A stretch of 64,000 bases of DNA from Gemmatimonadota bacterium (GTDB lineage: Bacteria > Gemmatimonadota > Gemmatimonadetes > Palauibacterales > KS3-K002). The DNA is taken from contig JBDHAS010000001.1 in NCBI GenBank assembly GCA_039588015.1, positions 51,476 through 115,475 on the forward strand, read 5' to 3'. This document shows positions 20,053 to 30,243 of the stretch, one piece after another; position 1 is the first letter of the stretch; the number at the start of each line of letters is the position of its first letter. The position numbers and the translations under genes were made by a program. Below the pieces are notes generated by a model. That model was not told the origin of the DNA and did no database searches. It worked only from the letters and a program-made list of their open reading frames with translations.

Positions 20053-22254
20053 CTACTCCAGATCGACTACGACGAGCTCGAACAGGCGCTCTCTGGTGAC
20101 CTGCTGCTCTGCCACCAGATCCGCGACTTCGATGGCGATCTTGTATTGACCGGGCTCGCTGTCGAGAAGCTCGATGCTCATGTACTCCGGCACTCGCATG
20201 CCGTTGAACTCGACGACGCGCTCGTAGGTCAGCTCGATATCGTCCTCGTCGCCGAAACCGAACGCGCCTGCGACCCGCGCCAGCACTCCCTTACCTTTCG
20301 CATCGGTGACGCTCAGCGTGACCCTGTAGTTTGCGAAGCCATCCTGATCCGTCGCGAGCCCATAGACTTCCCAGTAGACGGCGACGGGCAGGTCGCGGTC
20401 GAACACGGCCTTACGGTTGGCCCTGATGGCGAAGCCGCGACGATCCAGAGGTTGTTGAATCCTTGGAGTGACCGCATCGGCCAGCAGCATGTCGCTCAAG
20501 GCGAGCGTACCATCGGTGAACGGCTGGATCTCGAGCGTATCGCGGCGAACGGCTGCTTTGTCGAGGGGCGCTTCCGCCTCGAGGCTGTACGTGAACTGAC
20601 CGGCTGGTAGCGGCAGCGTGAACGTGACCGCTTGCGGCGCCGGTTCGGAGGCGGCGTTCAGCGTGCGACGGAATACCTCGACGTGCTCGGCACCGGCGAA
20701 CAGAAACAGCCCCAGGCTCACCGTGTCCGGCGTCGACAGCAGGCTGTCCCCTGGTAATTCCGAGTAGAAATCGACTTCCACGATCGAGTCCGTGGCGCCC
20801 CGAAAACGTGCCACCTGAACAGGGAAGTCGAACAACTCGAAGCTGGTGCTGTGCACAGCGGGCTCGACCTCGCGCGCTTCTTCCTCGGCGAGCTTGGAAG
20901 CGGAACTGAGCATGTGGCTGGCGTGGCGGTAGCGTAGCTGCTTCTGGAAGATGAAGTTCGGCAGCTCCCATCCGTAGTTCCAGAAGATCCAGCGGCCGCC
21001 GGCCTCGGCGAGCTGCCCGCCGCCTTCCCTGGACGCGTCACGCTGTACCTGCCAGACGCGCTCTGGCGCTCCGTAGCGGACAAATATGTGGCCTTGCTCG
21101 GTGTCAGCGCCCCAGCGGCCCTCGGAGGGGTCCTCGAAGAAGATGTCGGCGAAGGCTACCCTAGCCAGGTGTGCGGCGCGCACCTCGTTGCCTGGACTGA
21201 GATACAACGGATCGGATTTCCGCCAGAGTATCTCCTCGATCCACCTTCGCGCTTCTTCGTTCGCGCCCTCGTATCGTTCGGCGGACCCCTCCCGTAATAC
21301 GTAGGAGATGTCTCGGTAATGTTCCGCGATGTCGTCTCCGGCGAGTTGCATACCCCTGTCGAACTGTGCCTCCGCCAGCGAGTCGACACCGGTCCGCTGG
21401 TAGACGAGCCCCAGCGTCAAGTAGCCCCACGGGTTCTCGGGCGCGGCCTCCTGAAAGTACATCGCCAGCTGCCGAGCTTCCCTGTGGTCGTCCCGCTCGA
21501 TCAGATGGGCTACAAGGCGGCGGAAAGCTCCCGCGTGCGATGGATCCGCTTCCAGGGCGCGGCGGAACGCGTCTACCATCTCCTCGAAGTCGTCCTCGCC
21601 CTCGTCCGAGAGGTCCGCAGCGTGGCGGAAATACTCATTGAACTCGCGGGGCCGCGTGAAATTCAGACAGAAACTGCCCAGGCTGCCGCATTCGGGCGTG
21701 AAGACCGGGAGGTCGGGGACGAATACCAGGTGCCGGGTGTCGAGGTAAATGTCCTCCGCGTAAAGGCCGAGCTCGTACCATAGGTGAGCCCGTTCCTCCG
21801 GAGTCACTTCCTCCGGATGCTCTATCACCGCCTTCTTTGCCCGGTTGAGCACTCGCCGGGCATCGAAGAACATCTGCTGCTTGCGCATGTTCTGGCCGAG
21901 CGCCAGCAGATAGCTTGGATCCTTTGGGTCGAGCTGCCAGGCTCGGCGCAACGCTTTGTCGGCCTCCAGGCGCTGCTGAAAATCAGTTTCTCTGCCGCTT
22001 GCTATCTCGCTCAGGACCGTGCCGAGCATTCCCCAGCCGGGCGCGTAGTCGGGCTCCAGCTCCGTCAGTTCGCGCAGGTGAGCGAGCGCGGCCATGGTGT
22101 CGCCCGCGGCCAACTCGGCGAGGGCGCTGCGGTATAGCTCTGGCTCCTGTGCGGTCGCCGGTGTCGCAGCAAGCGTGAGCAAAAGCAGCAGCGCCGCGGT
22201 CGCACCGCGTAAATGCAGCAGCAGCCGAGCGAGAGCCATTGCAGAATGAAGCAT
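20053..22254 (-). CDS. Secreted tetratricopeptide-repeat protein (about 730 aa)
   Basis: Signal peptide (LLLLLTLAATPATAQEP); TPR-like helical repeats in the N-terminal half; the C-terminal approximately 250 aa are unassigned. Start uncertain (22254 or 22239). Confidence 0.5.
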   Translation of the reverse strand: MLHSAMALARLLLHLRGATAALLLLLTLAATPATAQEPELYRSALAELAAGDTMAALAHLRELTELEPDYAPGWGMLGTVLSEIASGRETDFQQRLEADKALRRAWQLDPKDPSYLLALGQNMRKQQMFFDARRVLNRAKKAVIEHPEEVTPEERAHLWYELGLYAEDIYLDTRHLVFVPDLPVFTPECGSLGSFCLNFTRPREFNEYFRHAADLSDEGEDDFEEMVDAFRRALEADPSHAGAFRRLVAHLIERDDHREARQLAMYFQEAAPENPWGYLTLGLVYQRTGVDSLAEAQFDRGMQLAGDDIAEHYRDISYVLREGSAERYEGANEEARRWIEEILWRKSDPLYLSPGNEVRAAHLARVAFADIFFEDPSEGRWGADTEQGHIFVRYGAPERVWQVQRDASREGGGQLAEAGGRWIFWNYGWELPNFIFQKQLRYRHASHMLSSASKLAEEEAREVEPAVHSTSFELFDFPVQVARFRGATDSIVEVDFYSELPGDSLLSTPDTVSLGLFLFAGAEHVEVFRRTLNAASEPAPQAVTFTLPLPAGQFTYSLEAEAPLDKAAVRRDTLEIQPFTDGTLALSDMLLADAVTPRIQQPLDRRGFAIRANRKAVFDRDLPVAVYWEVYGLATDQDGFANYRVTLSVTDAKGKGVLARVAGAFGFGDEDDIELTYERVVEFNGMRVPEYMSIELLDSEPGQYKIAIEVADLVAEQQVTRERLFELVVVDLE

Positions 22255-22334
22255 CGGAATAAATCTATCCATGTGCCCGAATCGCGTAAACGCATCGTCC
22301 TTCGCCGTAACCCTCGCGGGGAAGAAGGCTGCCG

Positions 22335-23348
22335 TCACTGTTCCTTCTCGCCTACCTGCTTCTTCAGCTCGGCAACCGTTCGCTGTCCAACGTAGCCTCG
22401 CTCGGACAGCCCCTTGTCGGATTGGAACGCCGCGAGTGCGTTCAGTGTGCTGGCATCGAGCCGGCCATTGATCTCCTCGGCGTAGTACCCGTGCGCGGCC
22501 AGTAGTTCCTGCAGCTCTCGAATGTCCGGCCCGCGCTGCGGATAGAGCGGCCGCGAGCCGAGAGGCTGGTATATGTCGTTGGGATGGAAGACGTTCATGA
22601 AGACCCTGTATACGCGCTCCAGTTCCAGGATTGGCGCCACGTGGTCTTCCACTCGAAGATCTATGTAGCGGTCGTCGCCGCCGCCGTAGCCACCCCGTTC
22701 CTGAACCACCAATAGACCGGCGCCCTGTCTACCGCGCCGGTCTCCACCTGCCGCCTGGGCCGCTTTGAGAGCGTCGAGCAGGCGCTCGGCCAGCGGTTTG
22801 CCCATATTTTCGGCGCGCTCATAGGCCGCTGCCATACTGTCCACGACTTCGGCACCTGTGAGGATGTTCCCCTGCACGCTGAAGGTCTCGCCAGAGCGCA
22901 TGCCGGCCCAGGGGATGTTGCGGCTTCCCGTGAACTGCGCGACGCGGCACTCGGCATCGACGATCGCGAACTGTCGACTCTCGATCAGCGAGTCCGTCTC
23001 GATGAAGCGCTGCTTCACCTCACCGGGCGTTGCCCCCTCGGCGAGGAGCTTCAGAGCACGGGGCTTGAAGGTGACGTTCGCGTTCGCCTGGCTGGCAATA
23101 GCGCCGACACCCGCCTTGGCTGCCGGCACTATCGCACCAGCAGCCACCACGCGCGACTGGATCGCCACACCGAGTTGGCCGCTGGCGGGGTCGCAGGCGA
23201 CGATGCTGAACGTGGAGAGGGGTGGTGCGCCCTCTTCCCCAGGCTGCGCCGCAAGCTTGGCGTTGGCCGCGATAACTAGCAGTAGCGGTACGCCGAGGCT
23301 TATGGCTCGCCGGCCTGGGGAAATCAATGAACGGTTAGTGCGCTGCAT
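22335..23348 (-). CDS. DUF1028 (Ntn-hydrolase-like) protein with C-terminal peptidoglycan-binding (PG_binding_1) domain
   Basis: After the signal peptide comes TFSIVACDPASGQLGVAIQSRVVAAGAIVPAAKAGVGAIASQANANVTF, a DUF1028 N-terminal Thr nucleophile region. C-terminus LQELLAAHGYYAEEINGRLDASTLNALAAFQSDKGLSERGYVGQRT. AGGAGG SD. Confidence 0.7.
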   Translation of the reverse strand: MQRTNRSLISPGRRAISLGVPLLLVIAANAKLAAQPGEEGAPPLSTFSIVACDPASGQLGVAIQSRVVAAGAIVPAAKAGVGAIASQANANVTFKPRALKLLAEGATPGEVKQRFIETDSLIESRQFAIVDAECRVAQFTGSRNIPWAGMRSGETFSVQGNILTGAEVVDSMAAAYERAENMGKPLAERLLDALKAAQAAGGDRRGRQGAGLLVVQERGGYGGGDDRYIDLRVEDHVAPILELERVYRVFMNVFHPNDIYQPLGSRPLYPQRGPDIRELQELLAAHGYYAEEINGRLDASTLNALAAFQSDKGLSERGYVGQRTVAELKKQVGEKEQ

Positions 23349-23415
23349 GTGTTTCGGAGCCTCCTGGTTTGTCTGCTAGGTCGACTTCGAGCGTCATTCT
23401 CGACTTCGGCGTTCT

Positions 23416-24246
23416 TCAGCGCTGGCACCCCGAACAATAGAACAGCGATCGGCCCGCGAGTACGGCGCGCTCTATCTGCTCGCCGCAGCGCCGGCAGATT
23501 TCGCCGGCCCGGCCGTAGACATCTAGCAGGTTCTGGAATTCGCCGCTGCCGCCCAACACATCCCGGTAGTCGCTGAACGTTGTCCCGCGTCGATCGACAG
23601 CGCTGCGGAGCACCGAGCGGATGGCGTTGCGGAGGCGTCCGACCTCCTCCGTATCGAGGCTCGAGGCCGGACGGCGCGGATCCACTTCGGCAACGTGGCA
23701 GGCCTCGCTGGCGTAGATGTTCCCGATTCCCGCGATTCTATTCTGGTCGAGCAGAACGTTGCGAATTGGCGCCCGTGAGCCGTGCACGATGGCCGCGAAG
23801 CGCGCCGGCGTGAAGCGTCGGGACAGCGGCTCGACGCCGAGGCGTCCATCAACCTCCGCCCAGGCCGCCGGATCGAGAATCCAGCTGCGCCCGAATCGAC
23901 GCGTGTCGAAGAAGCGGAGTACGCCGCCGTCTGGGGCTTCTCCTACGAGCATGCTGAGCGAGAGGTGGCGTTGGCTCGATAACCTGGATGGCGGTTCCCA
24001 GGTGAAGCGGCCTGTCATACGCAACTGGGTCACCCAGCGGTGCCCGTTGTCCAGCTGAGCCGCGATCCACTTCGCGCGTCGCCCGACGTTCTCGATGCGA
24101 CGGCCACCGAGGGCGCGGCGGAAACCCGCCGGCGACATCGGTTCGACGACCTCTTCCCGGTGAACGCGCAGGCGGAGCACGCGGCGACCGGCGAGCGCGG
24201 CGTTCAAGCCTCGTGCGATCGTCTCGGCCTCAGGAAGCTCCGGCAT
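23416..24246 (-). CDS. mutM: Formamidopyrimidine-DNA glycosylase (Fpg/MutM)
   Basis: N-terminal PELPEAET (Pro2/Glu3 catalytic); C-terminal zinc finger CRRCGEQIERAVLAGRSLFYCSGCQ. Confidence 0.9.
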   Translation of the reverse strand: MPELPEAETIARGLNAALAGRRVLRLRVHREEVVEPMSPAGFRRALGGRRIENVGRRAKWIAAQLDNGHRWVTQLRMTGRFTWEPPSRLSSQRHLSLSMLVGEAPDGGVLRFFDTRRFGRSWILDPAAWAEVDGRLGVEPLSRRFTPARFAAIVHGSRAPIRNVLLDQNRIAGIGNIYASEACHVAEVDPRRPASSLDTEEVGRLRNAIRSVLRSAVDRRGTTFSDYRDVLGGSGEFQNLLDVYGRAGEICRRCGEQIERAVLAGRSLFYCSGCQR

Positions 24247-24248
24247 TC

Positions 24249-25538
24249 CTACTCGGAACGCTCCCGTTCGATCTCCTGGTATCCTATGTCGCGGCGGAAG
24301 TACTTCCCATCAAAGTGGATTGCGGCGGCGGCGGCTCGCGACTTCTCGGCGGCCGTGCTCGTATCCGATCCGAGCCCGACTACACCCAGGACACGTCCGC
24401 CGCTGGTGAGCAGTTGGCCCTCGGGGTCGCGGCGTGTTCCTGCATGCAGGACGATCAAGTCGGGGTCGTGTTCCAGCGACTCGGGTATTTCGATCACCTT
24501 CCCTTTGTCGTACGAGCCCGGGTAGCCCCCCGAGGCGAGCACCGTGCACACGGCCGTTCGCCCGCTCCAGATCAAGCTCTCGCGCCCGATCGATTCGCCG
24601 CGTGCGACCCGCTCGAAGGGCTCGAGCATCGAGCTCTCGAGCAGCGGGAGGATGGCCTGCGTCTCGGGATCACCGAAGCGGCAGTTGAACTCGATCACAT
24701 AGGGGTCGCCGTCGACGATCATCAGGCCACAGTACAGCACGCCACGGAAGGTGCGATCCTGCTTGCGTAGCTCGGCCAGCGTCGGCATGACGACACGCTC
24801 GGTCACCTTGTCGATCAAAGCGTCGTCCGCGATCGATACCGGGGCGTAGGCGCCCATGCCGCCGGTGTTGAGGCCGGTGTCTCCTTCGCCGATCGGTTTG
24901 TGATCTTGGGAGGGGATGAGTGGGAGCGCGCTGGCTCCGTCGGTCAGATAGAGCAGTGACAGTTCCTCGCCGACCAGGCAGTCCTCCACGACCACGACGG
25001 AACCGGCGCTGCCGAACGCCTCGTCGACGAGCATCGATCGCGCGGCTTCCACCGCATCGTCTACAGTCTGGCAGACGATGGAACCCTTACCGGCCGCGAG
25101 TCCCGAGGCCTTCACGACGATGGGCGCACCGCGGTCACGGATGTAACGTTCGGCGTCGTCGAGGTCCTGGAACGTACCGTGCCCTGCCGTCGGGACACCC
25201 GCTTCGTCCATCAACGCCTTGGCGAACGCCTTCGAGCCCTCGATTTCGGCCGCTCGCCCGGACGGGCCGAAGATCGTCAGGCCGCGCTGCTGGAATGCGT
25301 CGACGATGCCGGCCGCCAGTGGCGCTTCGGGTCCGACTATGGTCAGGTCGATCTCTCGCGAGTCGGCGAAGTCCGCTAGTGCTTCCACCTCCTCCGGTTT
25401 CAGCGGGACGGACTCCGCCAACCCTTTGGTGCCGCCGTTGCCCGGCGCCGCGTAAATCTGGGCGCTGGCTTGTTCACGCTTGAGCTGCCAGATCAGCGTG
25501 TGCTCGCGGCCTCCTGAACCGACGACCATTATCCTCAT
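24249..25538 (-). CDS. purD: Phosphoribosylamine--glycine ligase (PurD)
   Basis: MRIMVVGSGGREHTLIWQL N-terminus and ATP-grasp region. Start at the internal ATG (about 430 aa). Confidence 0.9.
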   Translation of the reverse strand: MRIMVVGSGGREHTLIWQLKREQASAQIYAAPGNGGTKGLAESVPLKPEEVEALADFADSREIDLTIVGPEAPLAAGIVDAFQQRGLTIFGPSGRAAEIEGSKAFAKALMDEAGVPTAGHGTFQDLDDAERYIRDRGAPIVVKASGLAAGKGSIVCQTVDDAVEAARSMLVDEAFGSAGSVVVVEDCLVGEELSLLYLTDGASALPLIPSQDHKPIGEGDTGLNTGGMGAYAPVSIADDALIDKVTERVVMPTLAELRKQDRTFRGVLYCGLMIVDGDPYVIEFNCRFGDPETQAILPLLESSMLEPFERVARGESIGRESLIWSGRTAVCTVLASGGYPGSYDKGKVIEIPESLEHDPDLIVLHAGTRRDPEGQLLTSGGRVLGVVGLGSDTSTAAEKSRAAAAAIHFDGKYFRRDIGYQEIERERSE

Positions 25539-25572
25539 GTTTCCAATCTCGATGTCGGTGACACGTAGTTCC

Positions 25573-26730
25573 TCAAGCGGCGGAAAGAGCCTGGTCGAGG
25601 TCCTCGACCAGATCTTCAACATCCTCGATGCCCACTGATAGGCGAACCAGCCCGTCGGTGATGCCCATTTCCTGGCGCTGCTCTAGCGGCACCGCGGCAT
25701 GCGTCATCGCGGCCGGGTGACTGATCAGACTCTCGACGCCGCCCAGACTCTCGGCGAGCGTGAAAACCCGAGTGGCCCGGCAGACGTTATCGGCGCGCTG
25801 GCGATCACCGAGCTCGAGCGAGATCATGCCGCCGAAGCCGGTCATCTGCTTCTTCGCCAGCTCGTGCTGAGAATGCGAGGCGAGCCCGGCATAGAAGACT
25901 TCGCTCACTCTATCGTCTCCAGCCAGCCACTCGGCTATCAGACGGCCGGCACGGTCATGCGCTTCCATACGGACGTGCAATGTCTTCGTCCCGCGAAGCA
26001 CGAGCCAGCAGTCCATTGGCCCGGGCACGGCGCCTGCCGACTTTTGAAGAAAACGCAGCCCTTCGGCGATCGCCTCGTTCGATGTCAGGACTAGACCTCC
26101 CACGACGTCGCTGTGTCCGTTGAGATACTTCGTGCTCGAGTGAACGGTAGCGTCGGCGCCAAGCTCGAGCGGCCGCTGGAAATAAGGAGTCGCGAAGGTG
26201 TTGTCGACCACGAGCCACGCGTCGTTCCGGTGAGCGATTTCGGCTGCGGCCGCGATGTCGGTTATGTGCATGAGCGGGTTGGTAGGCGTTTCGACCATGA
26301 TGAGGCGCGTGTTCTCGCGCGTCGCCGCGTCGATGCGCTCCGGCTCGCGCGTGTCGACGAACGAGAACTCCAGTCCCAGCCTACCCAGTACTTGGCGAAA
26401 CAGTCGGTCCGTACCCCCGTACACGTTGGCACCGCAAATGACGTGGTCGCCCGCGGAGAGGAGCTTGACGATCGCCTCGATGGCGGCCATTCCGGAAGCG
26501 AAGGCGGCGCCTTCCTTTGCGCCTTCCAGGGCGGCGACGTTCCCCTCGAGCGCCGTGCGCGTAGGGTTGGAAACCCTAGCGTACTCGTAGCCTTTATGGA
26601 CGCCGATCGCTTCCTGCGCATACGTGGAGGTCTGATAGATGGGCGTCATGATGGCTCCGGTCGCGGGGTCGGGCCGCTGGCCGGCATGGATCGCGCGTGT
26701 CGCGAAGCGAAGCTTGTAGTCGGGACTCAT
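25573..26730 (-). CDS. PLP-dependent trans-sulfuration enzyme (cystathionine gamma-synthase/beta-lyase/gamma-lyase family)
   Basis: Cys/Met-metabolism PLP family; Schiff-base lysine context VVHSSTKYLNGHSDVVGG. Confidence 0.85.
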   Translation of the reverse strand: MSPDYKLRFATRAIHAGQRPDPATGAIMTPIYQTSTYAQEAIGVHKGYEYARVSNPTRTALEGNVAALEGAKEGAAFASGMAAIEAIVKLLSAGDHVICGANVYGGTDRLFRQVLGRLGLEFSFVDTREPERIDAATRENTRLIMVETPTNPLMHITDIAAAAEIAHRNDAWLVVDNTFATPYFQRPLELGADATVHSSTKYLNGHSDVVGGLVLTSNEAIAEGLRFLQKSAGAVPGPMDCWLVLRGTKTLHVRMEAHDRAGRLIAEWLAGDDRVSEVFYAGLASHSQHELAKKQMTGFGGMISLELGDRQRADNVCRATRVFTLAESLGGVESLISHPAAMTHAAVPLEQRQEMGITDGLVRLSVGIEDVEDLVEDLDQALSAA

Positions 26731-26913
26731 ATCGGTCCTTTGCTCCTAGCATGTCGGTATGTCGTTTGGGCGTAGCCGAGGAATAGACAGTCTAGTCCCC
26801 GGAGGCGTGCCCGTCCAGCGAGTCGAAAAACTACCCAGGAATGCGGGCAGTTGAGTAGATTGCTCTCCGTGTCGTGGGACGGCGCGCTACGGAAACTGCA
26901 TAGAGGGCAGGAC

Positions 26914-28302
26914 ATGGCAATACCGGAAACCTTGGTCGTCAGCGTCTCCGGAATACGGGGCCGGGTAGGAATCGACCTCAACCCGGAGGTCGTAGCCGGC
27001 TTCGCCGCGGCGTTTGGGACCTACGTTCGCGAGCAGGGGTGGGGCGACCACCTGGCCATCGGCCGTGACTCACGCTTGAGCGGCCCTGCCTTCGTCAAAG
27101 CGGCGACGGCCGGCCTGCAGGCGGTCGGTTGTCGGGTTAGCGACCTCGGACTGGTGCCTACGCCGACGGCTCTGCTCGAGATTCAGTGTCAAAGGCTTGC
27201 GGGCGGCATTGTAATCACCGCAAGCCATAACCCGAAGGAGTGGAACGCCCTCAAGCTCGCCAACCCGGAAGGTGCCTTTCTGACACCGGAGCAGGGAGCG
27301 GAGTTTCTGGCGGCGCTCCAGGAGCAGCAGCCACCCGCCTACGTGCAAGACACATTTGGCCAGGCCGGCCAACTGCCTGGTGCTATCGAGCGGCATATCG
27401 AGCGCGTACTCGATCTCGATTTGGTCAACCCGGATCGCATCGCAGAGATGGGCTTCAAGGTCGTGCTGGACTGTACCCGTGGCGCCGGCGGGGTGATTCT
27501 CCCGTCGCTGCTGGAGCGGCTTGGCTGCGAGGTCATCGGCATCGAACTGGAACCCGACGGCCGTTTCACCCGCGAGCCTGAGCCGATCCCGCAGAACATG
27601 ACCGCGCTGTGCGAACGTGTGCCTAAGGAAGGCGCCGACCTCGGGATGGCAGTGGATCCGGACGTCGACCGCCTAGCCCTCGTGGATGCCAGCGGCCGGG
27701 CGATCGGGGAAGACTATACCCTGGCCCTGGCCAGTCGCCTCGTACTGGCTCACGAGTTGGGTCCGGTTGTGGCCAATCTATCGACGAGCCAGATCGTCGA
27801 GACCGTCTGCCGGGAAGCAGGGGTCGAATACCACCAGTCTCCTGTGGGGGAAGCGAATGTGGCCGTGGCGATCAAACAGGTTGGCGCTGTGGTCGGCGGC
27901 GAGGGGAACGGCGGCGTGATCCTCCCGGCGCTCCACTACACCCGGGACGCGCCGCTGGCCGTGGCCCTGGTCCTGCAGTTACTGGCCGAAGCAGGCGTCA
28001 ATCTGACTGAAATTGTGGCACAATATCCACAGTTCTGCATTGTCAAGGACCGGTTTCCAAGGGTCGGACTGGCGGTCGACAGCGCTCTGAGCGTGGTCGA
28101 AAAGGCCTTTCCTGATGCGGAATTTGACCGTCGGGACGGCCTTCACCTCCGCTGGCGCCAGCGGGATATCTGGCTTCACTGCCGGCCATCGGGCACGGAA
28201 CCGATTTTGCGAGTTATCGGTGAAGGGCCCGCCAGCGGGGAGGATGAGGTACGGGAACTTGTCCGGACGGTTGGCACTATGATAGCGCGATCGGGCCGGT
28301 AG
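26914..28302 (+). CDS. glmM: Alpha-D-phosphohexomutase (phosphoglucosamine mutase/phosphomannomutase family; likely GlmM given glmS adjacency)
   Basis: Active-site Ser loop ITASHNPKEWNALKL; VSGIRG N-terminus; metal loop DPDVDR. It lies 21 nt upstream of glmS. Confidence 0.7.
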   Translation: MAIPETLVVSVSGIRGRVGIDLNPEVVAGFAAAFGTYVREQGWGDHLAIGRDSRLSGPAFVKAATAGLQAVGCRVSDLGLVPTPTALLEIQCQRLAGGIVITASHNPKEWNALKLANPEGAFLTPEQGAEFLAALQEQQPPAYVQDTFGQAGQLPGAIERHIERVLDLDLVNPDRIAEMGFKVVLDCTRGAGGVILPSLLERLGCEVIGIELEPDGRFTREPEPIPQNMTALCERVPKEGADLGMAVDPDVDRLALVDASGRAIGEDYTLALASRLVLAHELGPVVANLSTSQIVETVCREAGVEYHQSPVGEANVAVAIKQVGAVVGGEGNGGVILPALHYTRDAPLAVALVLQLLAEAGVNLTEIVAQYPQFCIVKDRFPRVGLAVDSALSVVEKAFPDAEFDRRDGLHLRWRQRDIWLHCRPSGTEPILRVIGEGPASGEDEVRELVRTVGTMIARSGR

Positions 28303-28323
28303 GGATAGGAAAGAAGCTGCCAC

Positions 28324-30159
28324 ATGTGCGGAATCGTTGGGTATGTAGGGAAGTCTGAAGCGACCCCCCTGCTTCTCGAAGGTCTGCAACGGCTAGAGTA
28401 CCGCGGTTATGACTCGGCCGGTATCTCCGTGTGCGCGAACGGGACAATAGACACGCGCAAGATGGCGGGGAAGATCTCCGACCTGGCCAAGTCGATCGTG
28501 GGTCACGAGCCCAGGGGGACCGTTGGGATCGCCCACACGCGCTGGGCCACCCACGGAGCGCCCACTTCCGGCAACGCCCATCCCCACTTCGACGATACAG
28601 GCGAAATCGCGCTCGTCCACAACGGCATCATCGAGAACGCCAAAGTCCTGCGCAGGAAGTTGGAGGAACTCGGGCACGTCTTCCGTAGCGAGACCGACTC
28701 GGAAGTCCTGGCCCACCTGATCGAGGAAACCTACGAGGACAACCTGGAGGAAGCGGTCGCGGCGGCCCTGACGCAAGTGGAAGGGACGTACGGCATCGCG
28801 GTCGTCTCTAGTCGAGACCCCGAGAAATTGGTGGCCGCGAGGAACGGTTCCCCGCTGTTGCTGGGGCTGTGCGACGACAACTGCTACTTCGTGGCTTCCG
28901 ATGCCGCTGCGGTCGTCAAGCACACGCGCGACGTCGTGTATCTGGATGACGGCGAACTGGCCGTCCTCGATAGAACGGGTTACCGCACACTCGACCTGAA
29001 GGGACGCCCGTTGACCAAGGAAGTGAGCCACGTCTCTTGGGACATGGAGACGATCGAGAAGGGCGGCTTTCCCCACTACATGCTCAAGGAGATCTTCGAG
29101 CAGCCGGATTCCGTCCGGGATACCATGCGTGGCCGTTTGCTCGAGACAGACGGCGTCGCTCGCCTGGGCGGCTTGGCCGAGTGCCTTCCGTGGGAGGACA
29201 TCGCCAAGTACAACCGCATCGTTCTGACGGCTTGTGGCACGTCCTGGCATTCAGCACTCATCGGCGAGTATATGCTCGAGGAGTTCTCGCGACTGCCGGT
29301 GGAAACGGAATACGCATCGGAATTCCGCTACCGTAACCCGGTGTTGGATGAGCGATCGTTGGTCATCTCGATCTCGCAGTCCGGCGAGACGGCGGATACG
29401 TTGGCTGCCCTGCGGGAGGCAAAGGCGAAAGGCGCTCGAGCGACCGCGATCGTCAACGTCGTCGGCTCGACCATCGCCCGCGAATCGAACTGCGGCGTGT
29501 ATCTCCACGCCGGACCCGAGATCGGTGTCGCGTCCACGAAGGCATTCACGTCGCAGGTTGTCGCGCTGGCGCTGTTCAGCCTCTACTTCGGGCGGCACAC
29601 CGGCGTTACGGAGAAGCGAGGACGCGAACTGGTAGCGGAGATGCTGAAGCTACCAGACCTGATCGGTCAGATCCTCGACCGCAACGATGATGTTCGGAGA
29701 CTTGCGGAGCTCTACCATCATCACCGCAACTTCCTCTATCTGGGGCGGGGCTACAACTTCCCGGTCGCGCTCGAAGGCGCGCTCAAGCTGAAGGAGATCA
29801 GCTACATTCACGCCGAGGGCTATCCTGCCGCCGAGATGAAGCACGGACCTATCGCTCTAATCGATGAGAACATGCCGGTCGTGTTCATCGCTCCGCGCGA
29901 CAGCGTTTACCAGAAGGTGCTGTCGAACATCGAAGAGGTTAAGGCTCGCGGCGGCCGAGTGATCGCCATCACCACTGACGGGAACGGCGAGCTGCACAAC
30001 CTGGCCGATCACACGATCTCGGTACCTCGGACCCTCGAAATGCTACAACCGGTCCTAAACGTGATCCCGCTGCAGCTGCTTGCGTACCATATCGCCGTGC
30101 TTCGCGGATGCCATGTAGACCAGCCCCGTAACCTGGCGAAGAGCGTGACGGTGGAGTAA
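28324..30159 (+). CDS. glmS: Glutamine--fructose-6-phosphate aminotransferase (GlmS)
   Basis: N-terminal MCGIVGYVG (Cys2 nucleophile); two SIS domains; C-terminal ...KSVTVE. Confidence 0.95.
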   Translation: MCGIVGYVGKSEATPLLLEGLQRLEYRGYDSAGISVCANGTIDTRKMAGKISDLAKSIVGHEPRGTVGIAHTRWATHGAPTSGNAHPHFDDTGEIALVHNGIIENAKVLRRKLEELGHVFRSETDSEVLAHLIEETYEDNLEEAVAAALTQVEGTYGIAVVSSRDPEKLVAARNGSPLLLGLCDDNCYFVASDAAAVVKHTRDVVYLDDGELAVLDRTGYRTLDLKGRPLTKEVSHVSWDMETIEKGGFPHYMLKEIFEQPDSVRDTMRGRLLETDGVARLGGLAECLPWEDIAKYNRIVLTACGTSWHSALIGEYMLEEFSRLPVETEYASEFRYRNPVLDERSLVISISQSGETADTLAALREAKAKGARATAIVNVVGSTIARESNCGVYLHAGPEIGVASTKAFTSQVVALALFSLYFGRHTGVTEKRGRELVAEMLKLPDLIGQILDRNDDVRRLAELYHHHRNFLYLGRGYNFPVALEGALKLKEISYIHAEGYPAAEMKHGPIALIDENMPVVFIAPRDSVYQKVLSNIEEVKARGGRVIAITTDGNGELHNLADHTISVPRTLEMLQPVLNVIPLQLLAYHIAVLRGCHVDQPRNLAKSVTVE

Positions 30160-30243
30160 CACCGGAGAGGCCGCTCGGCCCACAAATCCATCGCCCTGAG
30201 CCGCGGTTGCGCCCCCTCACTGATACTACAAACTTCTCTCTCC

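Noticed and set aside
28303-28323. glmS ribozyme upstream of glmS
   Set aside because: Only 21 nt separate the glmM-like stop and the glmS start, so there is no room for the roughly 150-nt ribozyme; glmS is evidently co-transcribed with the mutase gene.
28393-29250. 285-aa ORF antisense to glmS; similar antisense ORFs at 34174-35043 (glpK), 14894-16102 (MCP), 16661-17677 (MCP), 2716-3435 (lepA) and 38426-39352 (degT)
   Set aside because: Each lies inside a confidently identified gene on the other strand and has no domain signature; these are expected GC-driven open frames.
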